This document shows, piece by piece, positions 8,991-18,738 of a stretch of 64,000 bases of DNA. The DNA lies in the NCBI GenBank assembly GCA_002383285.1, contig DFXU01000049.1:8558-72557 (forward strand), given 5' to 3'. The notes beneath the pieces are model-generated. The model saw nothing but the letters and a program-made list of their open reading frames with translations. It did no database searches and was not told where the DNA came from. Within the stretch, counting starts at the first letter, position 1. The number at the start of each line of letters is the position of its first letter. A program made the translations under genes and the position numbers. Origin of the DNA: Bacillales bacterium UBA4100 (GTDB taxonomy: Bacteria; Bacillota; Bacilli; Paenibacillales; UBA4045).

Positions 8991-9506
8991 ATGACAGGAA
9001 TGGGTAGGGGTGATTGGTTTAGAGAACAGGAAAGAAGGGTGTTCAATATCTTGAATGGTAAGTACCGTTCACCCTTGTTAGATCGTATCATGAAGCTGTT
9101 CACACACATAGGGGGCGCGAGTTTCTGCATCCTCCTATTATTAGTACTTACCTTCATATACAACTATCCGATGAATGGTCTGATCGCGCTTGTTACGAGT
9201 CATATCCTTGTCCAAGTTCTCAAAAGGAGCTTCCGTCGCCGACGGCCCTATATAGTTGAGCATTCGATTCATTTCATTGCTAAGCCGTTAAAGGATGCTT
9301 CATTTCCTTCGGGACATACTACAGCTGTCTTTGCTACTTGTGTGAGTATTGCATTTGTTGTCCCTTATCTTACATCTATACTATTAATTATCGCTTTCTT
9401 GGTGGGTTGGTCTCGTATTTACTTAGGCCTGCATTATCCTATAGATGTAATTGTTGGTGCTTTAATTGGCAGCTTAACTGCGCTGATATGTTATATCATT
9501 GTCTAA
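8991..9506 (+). CDS. PAP2-family phosphatase (BcrC / undecaprenyl-diphosphatase-like membrane protein)
   Basis: All three PAP2 motifs are present: [26 protein letters not shown]. Confidence 0.85.
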   Translation: MTGMGRGDWFREQERRVFNILNGKYRSPLLDRIMKLFTHIGGASFCILLLLVLTFIYNYPMNGLIALVTSHILVQVLKRSFRRRRPYIVEHSIHFIAKPLKDASFPSGHTTAVFATCVSIAFVVPYLTSILLIIAFLVGWSRIYLGLHYPIDVIVGALIGSLTALICYIIV

Positions 9507-9859
9507 CCCTTGGGCTTGAAGAGCAGTGCTGCCAAGAAGGAGAATATAATAGCAGCCGAGATACCAGCGCTTGTTACCTCGAATATACCAGTTATGAGCC
9601 CAATCCAGCCTTGGGTCTTGAGTTCAGCTAATGCACCATGCACAAGCGCGTTGCCAAAGCTCGTAATGGGTACAGAAGCCCCCGCGCCAGCAAATTCAAT
9701 GAATGGATCATACCAGCCTAAACCATCTACAATCGCACCAATAACGACAAGAGAGCTCATCGTATGAGCGGGACTCAGCTTCAGTACATCGAACATAATC
9801 TGCCCCACAACACAGATAGCTCCTCCAATTACAAAGGCCCACACAAAATCCATAAACAT
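9503..9859 (-). CDS. spoVAE: Stage V sporulation protein AE (SpoVAEb-type)
   Basis: 118-aa membrane protein typical of SpoVAEb (…[12 protein letters not shown]…), placed last in a C-D-E tricistron. Confidence 0.85.
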   Translation of the reverse strand: MFMDFVWAFVIGGAICVVGQIMFDVLKLSPAHTMSSLVVIGAIVDGLGWYDPFIEFAGAGASVPITSFGNALVHGALAELKTQGWIGLITGIFEVTSAGISAAIIFSFLAALLFKPKG

Positions 9860-9862
9860 TTG

Positions 9863-10879
9863 TCAAGACACCCCGCTCTCAATTGCTACGGCATGAGCAA
9901 TACAGGGGATACTGTTACCTTGCTGGAAGGAGATTGGTGATAATAAAGCACCGGTCCCTACAACTAATATACGTTTCAATTCACCACTCCATAATTTTTT
10001 CATGAGATGACCGTAGGTTACGACTGCTGAGCAGGCGCAACCACTAGCCCCAGCTTGTACCTGCTGTGTATTGTAGTCATAGATCATCATTCCACAGTCC
10101 TTGAACTCTGTTTGTTGCATTGGAATTTGATGCTTGTCAAGCAGTTCAACGGCGATTTGATGTCCAACCTTGGACAAATCACCAGTAACGATTAGATCAT
10201 AATAACCGGGTTGTCGTCTAAAATCTCGGAGGTGTGCCTGAATCGTATCTACAGCTGCTGGTGCCATTGCCGCACCCATATTAAATGGATCTGTAATCCC
10301 CATATCAATTACTCGCCCAATTGTTGCGGCTGTGACATGCGGTCCGCCGACCCCCTTATCCGATAATAAAGCAGCTCCCGAGCCCGTAACTGTAAATTGC
10401 GCGGTAGGCGGCTTTTGAGAGCCATATTCGGTAGGATAGCGGAATTGCTTCTCTGCACTAGCATTATGACTGCATGTAGCGGCTAATGCATAATGTGCAG
10501 CCCCTGAGTTAACTAGTAGCGCTGCTAAGGCAAGGCTTTCTATAGCGGTGGAGCATGCACCGAATAAGCCTATGAAAGGGATAGCTAATGTGCTTGCCGC
10601 AAATGAGCTTGATATAATCTGATCCAACAGATCCCCTGCTAGCAAGAAATTAACTTGCTCCTTCCGTATATTCGCTTTCTCACAAGCCAGCTGGGTGGAT
10701 TCTTCTAATAACGCTCGTTCTGCCTTCTCCCAGCTTTCTTGACCTAGCATAAGTTCCCCGTGTATGCGATCGAAGTCTTCTGCCAATGGTCCTCGTCCTT
10801 CGAAGGGTCCGACGACAGCTGCGGTAGAAAGAATAGCAGGCTTGTTGTTAAAGATCCAGCTTTGTGTTCCATGAAGCAT
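9863..10879 (-). CDS. spoVAD: Stage V sporulation protein AD (thiolase-fold DPA-binding protein)
   Basis: 338 aa with a condensing-enzyme-like fold. Sits between spoVAC and spoVAE. Confidence 0.9.
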   Translation of the reverse strand: MLHGTQSWIFNNKPAILSTAAVVGPFEGRGPLAEDFDRIHGELMLGQESWEKAERALLEESTQLACEKANIRKEQVNFLLAGDLLDQIISSSFAASTLAIPFIGLFGACSTAIESLALAALLVNSGAAHYALAATCSHNASAEKQFRYPTEYGSQKPPTAQFTVTGSGAALLSDKGVGGPHVTAATIGRVIDMGITDPFNMGAAMAPAAVDTIQAHLRDFRRQPGYYDLIVTGDLSKVGHQIAVELLDKHQIPMQQTEFKDCGMMIYDYNTQQVQAGASGCACSAVVTYGHLMKKLWSGELKRILVVGTGALLSPISFQQGNSIPCIAHAVAIESGVS

Positions 10880-10881
10880 CG

Positions 10882-11373
10882 TTATTTGCCACCTCCAGCA
10901 GCAAGCTCTGGGTGAAAGATTAAGTGAAGAATCCCAATAATAAACGCGGCAACGACACCGAAAACAATGACCGGTCCAGCGAGCTTGAACATCTTGCCTC
11001 CAACTCCTAATACTAGCCCTTCACTTTTATGCTCAATAGCGGCAGAAGCCATAGAATTTGCGAAGCCAGTAACAGGGACTGCTGAACCGGCGCCTGCCCA
11101 TTGAGCGATTTTGTCATAAACACCTAATCCAGTTAGAATAACTGAAATTAGAATTAATATTGCCACTGTAGGGTTACCTGCTTCCTTCTTGTCAAAACCG
11201 GCCCATTCGATGAAGGACAGCTGAATGGCTTGTCCGATGAGACATATTATGCCTCCAACCAAGAATGCCCTTAAGCAATTTTTTAGAACGGGGCGTTTGG
11301 GCTCGATACGTTTAGCCAGTTGCTGATACTCCTGTTGGGTAGGTGTTAATTTCTTCTTCTTATTGTTGCTCAT
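10882..11373 (-). CDS. spoVAC: Stage V sporulation protein AC
   Basis: ~160-aa membrane protein with a basic N-terminus and SpoVAC-like TM segments. GGAGAAGGA RBS. Confidence 0.9.
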   Translation of the reverse strand: MSNNKKKKLTPTQQEYQQLAKRIEPKRPVLKNCLRAFLVGGIICLIGQAIQLSFIEWAGFDKKEAGNPTVAILILISVILTGLGVYDKIAQWAGAGSAVPVTGFANSMASAAIEHKSEGLVLGVGGKMFKLAGPVIVFGVVAAFIIGILHLIFHPELAAGGGK

Positions 11374-11412
11374 CGTGAAATCCCGTCCTTCTCCAATTGA
11401 GTTAACAAACTC

Positions 11413-11441
11413 AAGTTTCCCTTCTAGAGCATCGGTTATGC
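11413..11441 (-). promoter_or_regulatory. Possible forespore (sigma-F/G-type) promoter of spoVAC-AD-AE
   Basis: The minus strand reads GCATA-N15-GGGAAACTT ~40 nt upstream of the start. This resembles the GYATA / GGnnAnAhT pattern with one mismatch. Confidence 0.3.
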
Positions 11442-11531
11442 ATGGGTGAGCATATTGACATGGTTATCCATTGTGCAGGCAATTATGTTAGAATAGACTC
11501 AATGTAAATTTGATAGGAGAGAGGGATCCGA

Positions 11532-12653
11532 ATGAATGTGGATCACGTGAAAGCACGGCTTGAGATCATCTTGGATACACCATTCCGCTACTCTCAGATA
11601 CCTTTACAGGATTGGCCGAGACAGACAGAGACTCGAAATAAGCGGAATCGCTCTGGAGAATTGGTGGATTGGATAGAGCAGGGCGGCAGGTTAAGCTTCC
11701 AGCTATATGTAGAAGGAAGTCAGGTTCATGTTCTATCTGTTGAAGGTGCTCTAGTCACCGAATCAGAACGTAAATTAGTTGTTCTGGCAATTGACACTCT
11801 TCGTACAGCAGACAGAACTTTATCGCGAAGCGTGAATTCGGATGACGAGCAGCAGGCTGCTTCTATACGGGACTGGATTGAAGAGCATCTTCGAGACAGC
11901 GCACTATTAGGATCAGAGCCACCCGAGCAGCTGTCTGGTTTATCTGCGCTGTATGCGAAGAAAATCCCTTTATTGCTATATTGTGAGTATGCCAATAAAA
12001 ATCATGTGAATTACAATGAGCTGAAGAAATTATTAGATTCTTTCTTCGATACAGATGTGTTATTAATACCGTTATTGGACAAGGAATGGTTGATTCTTGG
12101 GCCGGAGTCATTGATTATAATGGATCGTGAAGACGAGGTTCTCGAAGAGGAAAGTGTAGAGGATGCATTAACATCATTATGCTCGGGGCTTCACACGATG
12201 ATGTCGAGTGAGTGGGTTGGTGATTATCATGTATCCACTTATTACCCCATGGTGCCTGCCCAATCCTTACCCTCGGTTGTCAGAAAGCTTCGTGAAGCGA
12301 TTAATATTGGACGAATGCAGCGTGATGGTCAGTACATCCATCTGCCATGGCAATTGTATCTGGATCAGCTGCTTGCGCCGATTCCACTAGCGGATAAGCT
12401 TACATTCATCGAACAAGTATTCAAGCGTGTAGATCTCTTCATGGATGCTGAGACTACACAGACACTGGAATCTTTCTTCGAGCTAGATTGTAATGTAAGT
12501 GAAACGGCCAAGAAGCTATTCATTCACCGCAATACATTATTATATCGCTTAGACAAATTTAAACAGGAGACTGGGCTTGATGTTCGCTCCTTTAATCAGG
12601 CCATTCATGTCAAGCTGGCTTTGCAATTGTACAAAGTAACGAAAAGAAAGTAA
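11532..12653 (+). CDS. PucR/CdaR-family transcriptional regulator
   Basis: C-terminal PucR-type HTH: NVSETAKKLFIHRNTLLYRLDKFKQETGLDVRSF. Confidence 0.7.
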   Translation: MNVDHVKARLEIILDTPFRYSQIPLQDWPRQTETRNKRNRSGELVDWIEQGGRLSFQLYVEGSQVHVLSVEGALVTESERKLVVLAIDTLRTADRTLSRSVNSDDEQQAASIRDWIEEHLRDSALLGSEPPEQLSGLSALYAKKIPLLLYCEYANKNHVNYNELKKLLDSFFDTDVLLIPLLDKEWLILGPESLIIMDREDEVLEEESVEDALTSLCSGLHTMMSSEWVGDYHVSTYYPMVPAQSLPSVVRKLREAINIGRMQRDGQYIHLPWQLYLDQLLAPIPLADKLTFIEQVFKRVDLFMDAETTQTLESFFELDCNVSETAKKLFIHRNTLLYRLDKFKQETGLDVRSFNQAIHVKLALQLYKVTKRK

Positions 12654-12789
12654 TTTTTTTGTGAATTATGTGTATGGTCAATGATATTTGTGTAGGGTAT
12701 GATATGACTATATTGAAGTGCATATACTTACAAGTCATTTTATCGACCACTAGTGTGGTCAACAAAAAATTTTTTAGGGGGAAAACTAG

Positions 12790-13914
12790 ATGGCAGGCGT
12801 TCGATTAAGTCACATATACAAAAGTTACCCAGGTAACCCAACACCAACTGTAATTGATTTTGATATTGAAGTTCAAGATAAGGAGTTCTTGGTTCTTGTA
12901 GGACCATCCGGTTGTGGTAAATCCACTACACTTCGTATGATCGCAGGACTTGAAGAAATTTCTCAAGGTGAATTGTATATTGGTGATCGTCTTGTGAACG
13001 ACGTAGCACCTAAGGACCGCGACATCGCAATGGTATTCCAATCCTATGCATTGTATCCACATATGAATGTTTATCAGAATATGGCTTTCGGTTTGAAATT
13101 GCGTAAATTCAAAAAGGCTGATATCGATGTACGTGTTCGTGAAGCAGCTAAAATTCTTGATATAGAGCATTTGTTAGATCGTAAACCAAAAGCACTCTCA
13201 GGTGGTCAACGCCAACGTGTTGCCTTGGGACGCGCTATCGTTCGTGAGCCGCAAGTATTCTTAATGGATGAGCCATTGTCTAACCTTGATGCTAAGCTTC
13301 GTGTACAGATGCGTGCGGAGATTGCCAAGCTTCACAAGCGTCTTGAAACTACAATTATCTACGTAACGCATGACCAGATTGAAGCTATGACAATGGGTAC
13401 TCGTATCGTTATTATGAAGGATGGTTATGTACAGCAAGCTGCCACACCATCTGAAGTTTATAATAACCCAGTGAACCTGTTCGTTGCTGGTTTCATTGGA
13501 TCTCCTTCTATGAACTTTATCAAAGGTGTCTTGTCCGATGAGGGCGGAGTAGTTCGCTTCAAATCTAAAAACTTGAATGTAGCTATCCCTGAAGGAAAAG
13601 GTAAGATCCTTCGTGATGGCGGCTATGCTAAGAAAGAAGTTATTCTAGGAATTCGCCCTGAAGATATTCACCAAGAGCCAATCTTCTTGGAGGCTTCCCC
13701 GAATAGTATCATCGATGCACACATTGAAGTATCTGAGAACCTAGGTCATGAGATGTATCTTTACCTAGACGGGATTTCTGATGAGACAGTAATTGCTCGT
13801 GTTGATGGTCGTTCAGGATTAGTCGAAGGCACGAATGTGAAATTAGCAATCGATATGAACAAAGTACACATCTTCGATGTTGAGACAGAAAAAACGATAT
13901 TCTTCAATAACTAA
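12790..13914 (+). CDS. msmX: Sugar ABC transporter ATP-binding protein, MsmX/MalK/UgpC type (stand-alone)
   Basis: Walker [10 protein letters not shown], signature LSGGQRQR, Walker [13 protein letters not shown] and a C-terminal TOBE-like domain. No permease genes are adjacent. Confidence 0.85.
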   Translation: MAGVRLSHIYKSYPGNPTPTVIDFDIEVQDKEFLVLVGPSGCGKSTTLRMIAGLEEISQGELYIGDRLVNDVAPKDRDIAMVFQSYALYPHMNVYQNMAFGLKLRKFKKADIDVRVREAAKILDIEHLLDRKPKALSGGQRQRVALGRAIVREPQVFLMDEPLSNLDAKLRVQMRAEIAKLHKRLETTIIYVTHDQIEAMTMGTRIVIMKDGYVQQAATPSEVYNNPVNLFVAGFIGSPSMNFIKGVLSDEGGVVRFKSKNLNVAIPEGKGKILRDGGYAKKEVILGIRPEDIHQEPIFLEASPNSIIDAHIEVSENLGHEMYLYLDGISDETVIARVDGRSGLVEGTNVKLAIDMNKVHIFDVETEKTIFFNN

Positions 13915-13934
13915 TTACCAGATATAGTATAAGG

Positions 13935-13958
13935 GGCTGCCTGCGGGCAGCCTTTTTA
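13935..13958 (+). terminator. Rho-independent terminator after msmX
   Basis: GGCTGCC-TGCG-GGCAGCC followed by TTTTT. Confidence 0.8.
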
Positions 13959-14040
13959 GTTGATAAAAAGCCCGTTATGCATTACCATTGGTATGATACA
14001 GCATCGTCCTACATAAGCAGAAAAAAAGGAGTCGTACTGG

Positions 14041-14982
14041 ATGCCTAAAAAAATAAAAGTATCTGAGCTCGCACACCGATTTCAGATGGAAGTTGTTACA
14101 GGTGAAGAAGGGTTAAAGCGTCTCATTTCAGTTGCCGATCTCTACCGCCCAGGATTAGAGATGGCAGGATATTTTGCCTACCATCCCAAGGAGCGTGTTC
14201 AGCTGTTAGGTAAGACAGAGCTTAGTTTTTTTGAGCAGCTACTGCCTGATCAGAAGCGAGAACGAATGAAGCTATTATGTGACGATGCTACACCATGTAT
14301 AATTGTAACCCGTGGCTTAGATGTGCCGAATGAGCTAATAGAGGTGGCAGGAGAGAAGAATCTCCCTGTATTAAGAAGCAGCACAGGGACGACCACTTTA
14401 TTGTCAAGTCGAATTACTGGCTTTCTTGAGAGTAAATTAGCTCCAACGACTACGATACATGGCGTATTAGTCGATGTTTACGGAGTGGGCATGCTAATCA
14501 CAGGTACAAGCGGTATTGGTAAGAGTGAGACAGCGCTAGAGCTTGTCAAACGAGGACATCGCTTAATTGCCGATGATGCTGTTGAAATTAGTCAAACTGC
14601 AGATAATACATTATATGGAACGGCACCTGATCTAATCAAGCATCTTCTGGAAATCAGGGGTGTAGGTATTATTAATGTCATGACATTGTTCGGAGCGGGT
14701 GCGATTCGTAATGAGAAGAAGATTACGCTTATCATTCGATTGGAAACCTGGCAGGAGGATAAGCAATATGATCGCCTAGGATTGGATGAGGAAACGACGA
14801 AGATCATTGATACAGATCTCCCCTTAGTGACTATTCCAGTTAGACCTGGTCGAAACCTTGCCGTAATTCTTGAAGTGGCTGCGATGAACTATCGATTGAA
14901 GCGGATGGGCTACAATGCTGCTCTACAATTTACGAATAAACTAACGGAATCGATCTCAGAAGAGCACGATGATTATGAATAG
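14041..14982 (+). CDS. hprK: HPr kinase/phosphorylase
   Basis: P-loop [25 protein letters not shown] and the IRGVGIINV signature. hprK-lgt synteny. Confidence 0.95.
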   Translation: MPKKIKVSELAHRFQMEVVTGEEGLKRLISVADLYRPGLEMAGYFAYHPKERVQLLGKTELSFFEQLLPDQKRERMKLLCDDATPCIIVTRGLDVPNELIEVAGEKNLPVLRSSTGTTTLLSSRITGFLESKLAPTTTIHGVLVDVYGVGMLITGTSGIGKSETALELVKRGHRLIADDAVEISQTADNTLYGTAPDLIKHLLEIRGVGIINVMTLFGAGAIRNEKKITLIIRLETWQEDKQYDRLGLDEETTKIIDTDLPLVTIPVRPGRNLAVILEVAAMNYRLKRMGYNAALQFTNKLTESISEEHDDYE

Positions 14983-15001
14983 AAGGGTTTGATACTATAC
15001 T

Positions 15002-16123
15002 ATGCTACCTTTAATACTAGACCCCGTCGCAATAGCGATTGGAGGTTTAAAGATTCACTGGTACGGAATTATTCTAGGTACTGCTGCATTAATGGGATTA
15101 TTAATGTGCATTCGTGAAGGTAAACGGTTTGGGATCTCGCCGGACTTCTTCATGGATTTAGTGCTTATTGGTGTTCCTTCAGCGATTATTGGAGCCAGAA
15201 TTTATTATGTTGCTTTCCAATGGGAGGATTACCAGAACAACTTTATTGAAGTATTCAAAATATGGCATGGTGGAATCGCGATACACGGAGCTCTTATTGG
15301 TGCTGTAATCGGAGGGCTAATTTATACACGCATGAAGAAAGTGAATTTCTGGCGGATTGCAGATATTGCCGCTCCAGGTTTGATTGTCGGACAGATCATC
15401 GGCCGTTGGGGTAACTTCATTAATCAAGAAGCGCATGGCGGTATCGTAGAACGGAGCTTTCTAAGTGATACTTTACATTTGCCTAACTGGATCGTAAATC
15501 ATATGGAAATTACATACGATGGAGTGTCGGCTTTTTTCCATCCTACCTTTCTATATGAATCGATATGGAATATATTAGGGCTTGGATTATTGTTATTACT
15601 GCGGAGAAGACCTTTCTTGCGAGCAGGAGAATTGTTCTTCAGTTATTTTATCTGGTATTCAATTGGTCGTTTCTACATAGAGGGTCTTCGAACAGATAGT
15701 CTAGCTTTCCATGGTCCAGAATGGCTTGCATCCTTTGTGAATGGTCTATGGACGCCAATGGAGCTTCTGTTTGAGCCTGGTAATCTCCCTGAAGGTGGGG
15801 GGAATGTGCGAATTGCACAGCTAATCGGAATATTCATCATTATTGCTGCAGTTATTATGATATACATTCGCAGAAGTAAGGGCTACGCAGACGATAAATA
15901 CTCAGATCCTATCATCTTCGGGGGAAGTGGTGAGTCTGATGAAGGAGCCGGTTCTTCGGAAACCCATGCATCCAGCCTGCCGCCGACTATCGTTGAACAG
16001 GAGAATATCCAGCCAACACGGGATCAGAGTGGAAATCAGTCCGAACAGAATTCTAACACAGTGAAAGATGATTCACAGCCTGCGCATCAAGAACGAATTC
16101 GACCAGGAAAGCCCTTCTTATGA
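15002..16123 (+). CDS. lgt: Prolipoprotein diacylglyceryl transferase with a ~90-aa low-complexity C-terminal tail
   Basis: Lgt motifs (HWYGI…, GRWGNFINQEAHG, FLYESIWN). The tail from ~aa 285 is Ser/Gln/Glu-rich. Confidence 0.9.
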   Translation: MLPLILDPVAIAIGGLKIHWYGIILGTAALMGLLMCIREGKRFGISPDFFMDLVLIGVPSAIIGARIYYVAFQWEDYQNNFIEVFKIWHGGIAIHGALIGAVIGGLIYTRMKKVNFWRIADIAAPGLIVGQIIGRWGNFINQEAHGGIVERSFLSDTLHLPNWIVNHMEITYDGVSAFFHPTFLYESIWNILGLGLLLLLRRRPFLRAGELFFSYFIWYSIGRFYIEGLRTDSLAFHGPEWLASFVNGLWTPMELLFEPGNLPEGGGNVRIAQLIGIFIIIAAVIMIYIRRSKGYADDKYSDPIIFGGSGESDEGAGSSETHASSLPPTIVEQENIQPTRDQSGNQSEQNSNTVKDDSQPAHQERIRPGKPFL

Positions 16124-16773
16124 TCAAGAATGTGTTGTTTGACCTCGATGGAACGATAGTAGATACGAATGAATTAATTATTGAATCTTTTCTACACGTG
16201 TTGAATGACAGATTAGCCATGCAGATTACACGCGATCAACTGATCCCGAAGATGGGAGGACCATTGGTTGATCAATTCCAATACTTTACCGGTAGAACGA
16301 ATGTAGATCAGCAGGTAGCAGATTATAGGAAATATAACCTGATGCGGCATGATGAGATGGTAAGCGTGTTCCCTTACGTGAATGATGTTGTACATGCCTT
16401 CTCTCAGCAGGGAATCAAGATGGGTGTAGTTACGACTAAGATGCGCGACTCGACCAATCGAGTACTGCAGATGTTTGATCTGCTTCCTTACATGCAAACA
16501 GTTATAACGCTTGATGATGTTGAACATGCCAAGCCGCATCCCGAGCCGGTACAACGGGCAATGATAGGGCTTGAAGCTGATCCTAAGGAAACAATCATGG
16601 TTGGCGATAGTTCATTCGATATCGTGTCTGCCCAACAAGCAGGCGCTTGGTCAGCAGGCGTAGCATGGTCGCTCAAGGGCTCAGCAGCGCTTGCTGTCTA
16701 CAACCCGGACTGGATGTTGAACGATATGAGGGATCTGTACGATATTGTTGGTCTAGAGAGGGAAATATGTTGA
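16120..16773 (+). CDS. ppaX: HAD-family pyrophosphatase PpaX
   Basis: HAD motif I FDLDGTIVDT, motif VGDSSFD, and position after lgt as in B. subtilis. Confidence 0.8.
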   Translation: MIKNVLFDLDGTIVDTNELIIESFLHVLNDRLAMQITRDQLIPKMGGPLVDQFQYFTGRTNVDQQVADYRKYNLMRHDEMVSVFPYVNDVVHAFSQQGIKMGVVTTKMRDSTNRVLQMFDLLPYMQTVITLDDVEHAKPHPEPVQRAMIGLEADPKETIMVGDSSFDIVSAQQAGAWSAGVAWSLKGSAALAVYNPDWMLNDMRDLYDIVGLEREIC

Positions 16774-17279
16774 GGAATACAGAGCGTTATGAGGTTGAGG
16801 GAGCGAATGCGCTGTGGCAAATTTATCGAACTGTAAGCAGATGGAAGGGAGTGCGAAATTTCATCTGCATTCAGTTCAGTAGATATTGTCCGTCATTATC
16901 CACGAAGAACTGGATCTATCGCCATATGCTAGGGATGAGGGTTGGGAAGGATACAGCCTTTGCGCTCATGGTCATGGTGGATGTATTCTTCCCCGAACGT
17001 ATACATATCGGGGATAATACGATTATCGGATATAACACGACGATACTAACCCATGAATACCTAATCGGTGAATATCGACTAGGTGATGTGAACATTGGTT
17101 CACATGTGATGATTGGAGCGAATACGACAATTTTACCTGGAGTTACGATTGGTGATCGTGCTGTTGTTGCGGCTGGTTCCATTGTACATAAGCATGTAGC
17201 GGCTGGCACATTTGTTGGAGGTAATCCGCTGCGTGTGATACGCGAGTCTGGGGAAGATGATTCTGCGCATCTATCTTAG
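16767..17279 (+). CDS. Hexapeptide-repeat O-acetyltransferase (YvoF-like)
   Basis: Left-handed beta-helix repeats (IGDNTIIGYNTTIL…IGSHVMIGANTTILPGVTIGDRAVVAAGSIV). ATG 16767 overlaps the ppaX stop; the longer track ORF (16647) runs inside ppaX. Confidence 0.75.
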   Translation: MLRNTERYEVEGANALWQIYRTVSRWKGVRNFICIQFSRYCPSLSTKNWIYRHMLGMRVGKDTAFALMVMVDVFFPERIHIGDNTIIGYNTTILTHEYLIGEYRLGDVNIGSHVMIGANTTILPGVTIGDRAVVAAGSIVHKHVAAGTFVGGNPLRVIRESGEDDSAHLS

Positions 17280-17342
17280 GTGTGCAAAATTCACTTTATG
17301 CACCAACTGAGAGTCAGTACCTTATAAGTATGGAAATTCGGA

Positions 17343-17370
17343 CGCCTTAGGGTGTTTTTCTTGTTTTTTG
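17343..17370 (+). terminator. Weak hairpin plus long T-tract after the yvoF-like gene
   Basis: ACGCC-TTAG-GGTGT (one G:U pair) followed by TTTTTCTTGTTTTTT. Confidence 0.4.
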
Positions 17371-17488
17371 ACGTTGAATTCTTGAGTATGGTAAAATAAT
17401 GGGTATCCTTTATGGATCTAATATGGTAATATGGTAACAAGTTACCGCGATAAAGTATTTTCAAAAATAAGTGGAGTTGAATTTGACG

Positions 17489-18688
17489 ATGACTAAGCCA
17501 AGAGTATTCGAAAAGCCAGGCGGCGTAAAGGATTACCTGCCGGAGGCCGTTAACAAGCTAAGAACGATTGAGTGGAATGTGCTGGCATGCATGAAGAGCT
17601 GGGGCTACCGGCAGATTATGACTCCGACACTGGAATATTATGATACCGTTGGTGTAGCGAGCTCTACAGCTAATGAGAAGCTGTTTAAGCTGCTGGATAA
17701 ACGGGGAACAACATTGGTATTACGTTCAGAGATGACAGCACCAATTGCACGAGTGGTTGCCTCTTTGTTGAAGGAAGAAGCTTTACCACTAAGGCTATCA
17801 CACCATTCTAATGTGTTCAGAGCAATTGAGGAGGAAGCGGGTCGAGAGGCAGAATTCTTCCAGACAGGCGTAGAATTGGTCGGTGATGGATCCGCTGAGG
17901 CTGATGCTGAGGTTGTCGCGCTAGCCGTGGCTTGTCTGAAGGCGGCAGGCGTAACTGAATTCAAGATTGCACTTGGACACATTGGTTTCCTAAACGGGTT
18001 ATTCGATTCCACCCTAGATCGCTTCCCAGAGGAGCAGCAGATATTGAAGGAATGTCTACTCAAGAGAGATTATGTAGGCTACCGACACAGCTTGGGAAGT
18101 GTTCCTGTAAGCGATGAGGTTAAACTCGAGCTGGAGCGTATTCTGAGGCTTCGTGGCGGCAAGGAAGTTTGCAGCCATGCTGAATTGATGACAAAGGATC
18201 CGGAAGCACTGGCTTCCTTGCGCCATCTATGCGAGGTCTGGGATGTGCTCAATGCTTATGGTGTAAGTGATCATGTACTCATTGACCTAACGATGATTGG
18301 CAATTTTTCATACTATACGGGCTTGATCTTTGAAGGCTATGCAGCTGATTTAGGCTTTCCTGTATGCAGTGGTGGTCGGTATGATAACCTACTGGAATTA
18401 TTCGGAAGGCCTGCAGCAGCGACAGGATTCGCGCTTGCTACAAACCGGATTATGCAGGTAGCGCTTGATGATCCTGAGGATGCGCCATACCGTGTATTGA
18501 TTGTATATAATCGTAAGCAACGCGCGGAAGCAGTACAGAAGGCTTTGGAATTACGTTTGAAGCAAGGGTACATGGTTGAAACCCGCTATACAGAGAATCT
18601 CACTGCTGCAGAGAATATGAATGTTTCGGATGATGGTAGATACCATTATGATGGTGGCATTTATCGTGAAATCATTCAGTTTGGATAA
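17489..18688 (+). CDS. hisZ: ATP phosphoribosyltransferase regulatory subunit HisZ
   Basis: HisRS-like catalytic core without an anticodon-binding domain, directly upstream of a short-form hisG. Start ATG 17489 gives MTKPRVFEKP…; GTG 17471 and TTG 17483 are alternatives. Confidence 0.9.
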   Translation: MTKPRVFEKPGGVKDYLPEAVNKLRTIEWNVLACMKSWGYRQIMTPTLEYYDTVGVASSTANEKLFKLLDKRGTTLVLRSEMTAPIARVVASLLKEEALPLRLSHHSNVFRAIEEEAGREAEFFQTGVELVGDGSAEADAEVVALAVACLKAAGVTEFKIALGHIGFLNGLFDSTLDRFPEEQQILKECLLKRDYVGYRHSLGSVPVSDEVKLELERILRLRGGKEVCSHAELMTKDPEALASLRHLCEVWDVLNAYGVSDHVLIDLTMIGNFSYYTGLIFEGYAADLGFPVCSGGRYDNLLELFGRPAAATGFALATNRIMQVALDDPEDAPYRVLIVYNRKQRAEAVQKALELRLKQGYMVETRYTENLTAAENMNVSDDGRYHYDGGIYREIIQFG

Positions 18689-18738
18689 ATCTCAGTATTC
18701 AATTCTAATTCATAGATATAAGGGTGTGTGTTATAACA

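Noticed and set aside
12747-12775. Hairpin GACCAC-TAGT-GTGGTC upstream of msmX as a riboswitch or terminator
   Set aside because: The stem is only 6 bp, and the following tract is A-rich before the T-run. No conserved riboswitch features are recognised, so it is probably an incidental or minor 5'-UTR structure.
17280-17470. T-box riboswitch upstream of hisZ (GTTACCGCG resembles the T-box GGTACCGCG core; AGAGA-like word at ~17310)
   Set aside because: The leader is only ~190 nt and overlaps the preceding terminator. There is no Stem I/specifier architecture I can fold, and no terminator or antiterminator alternative follows the motif. Only ~20 nt remain before the RBS.
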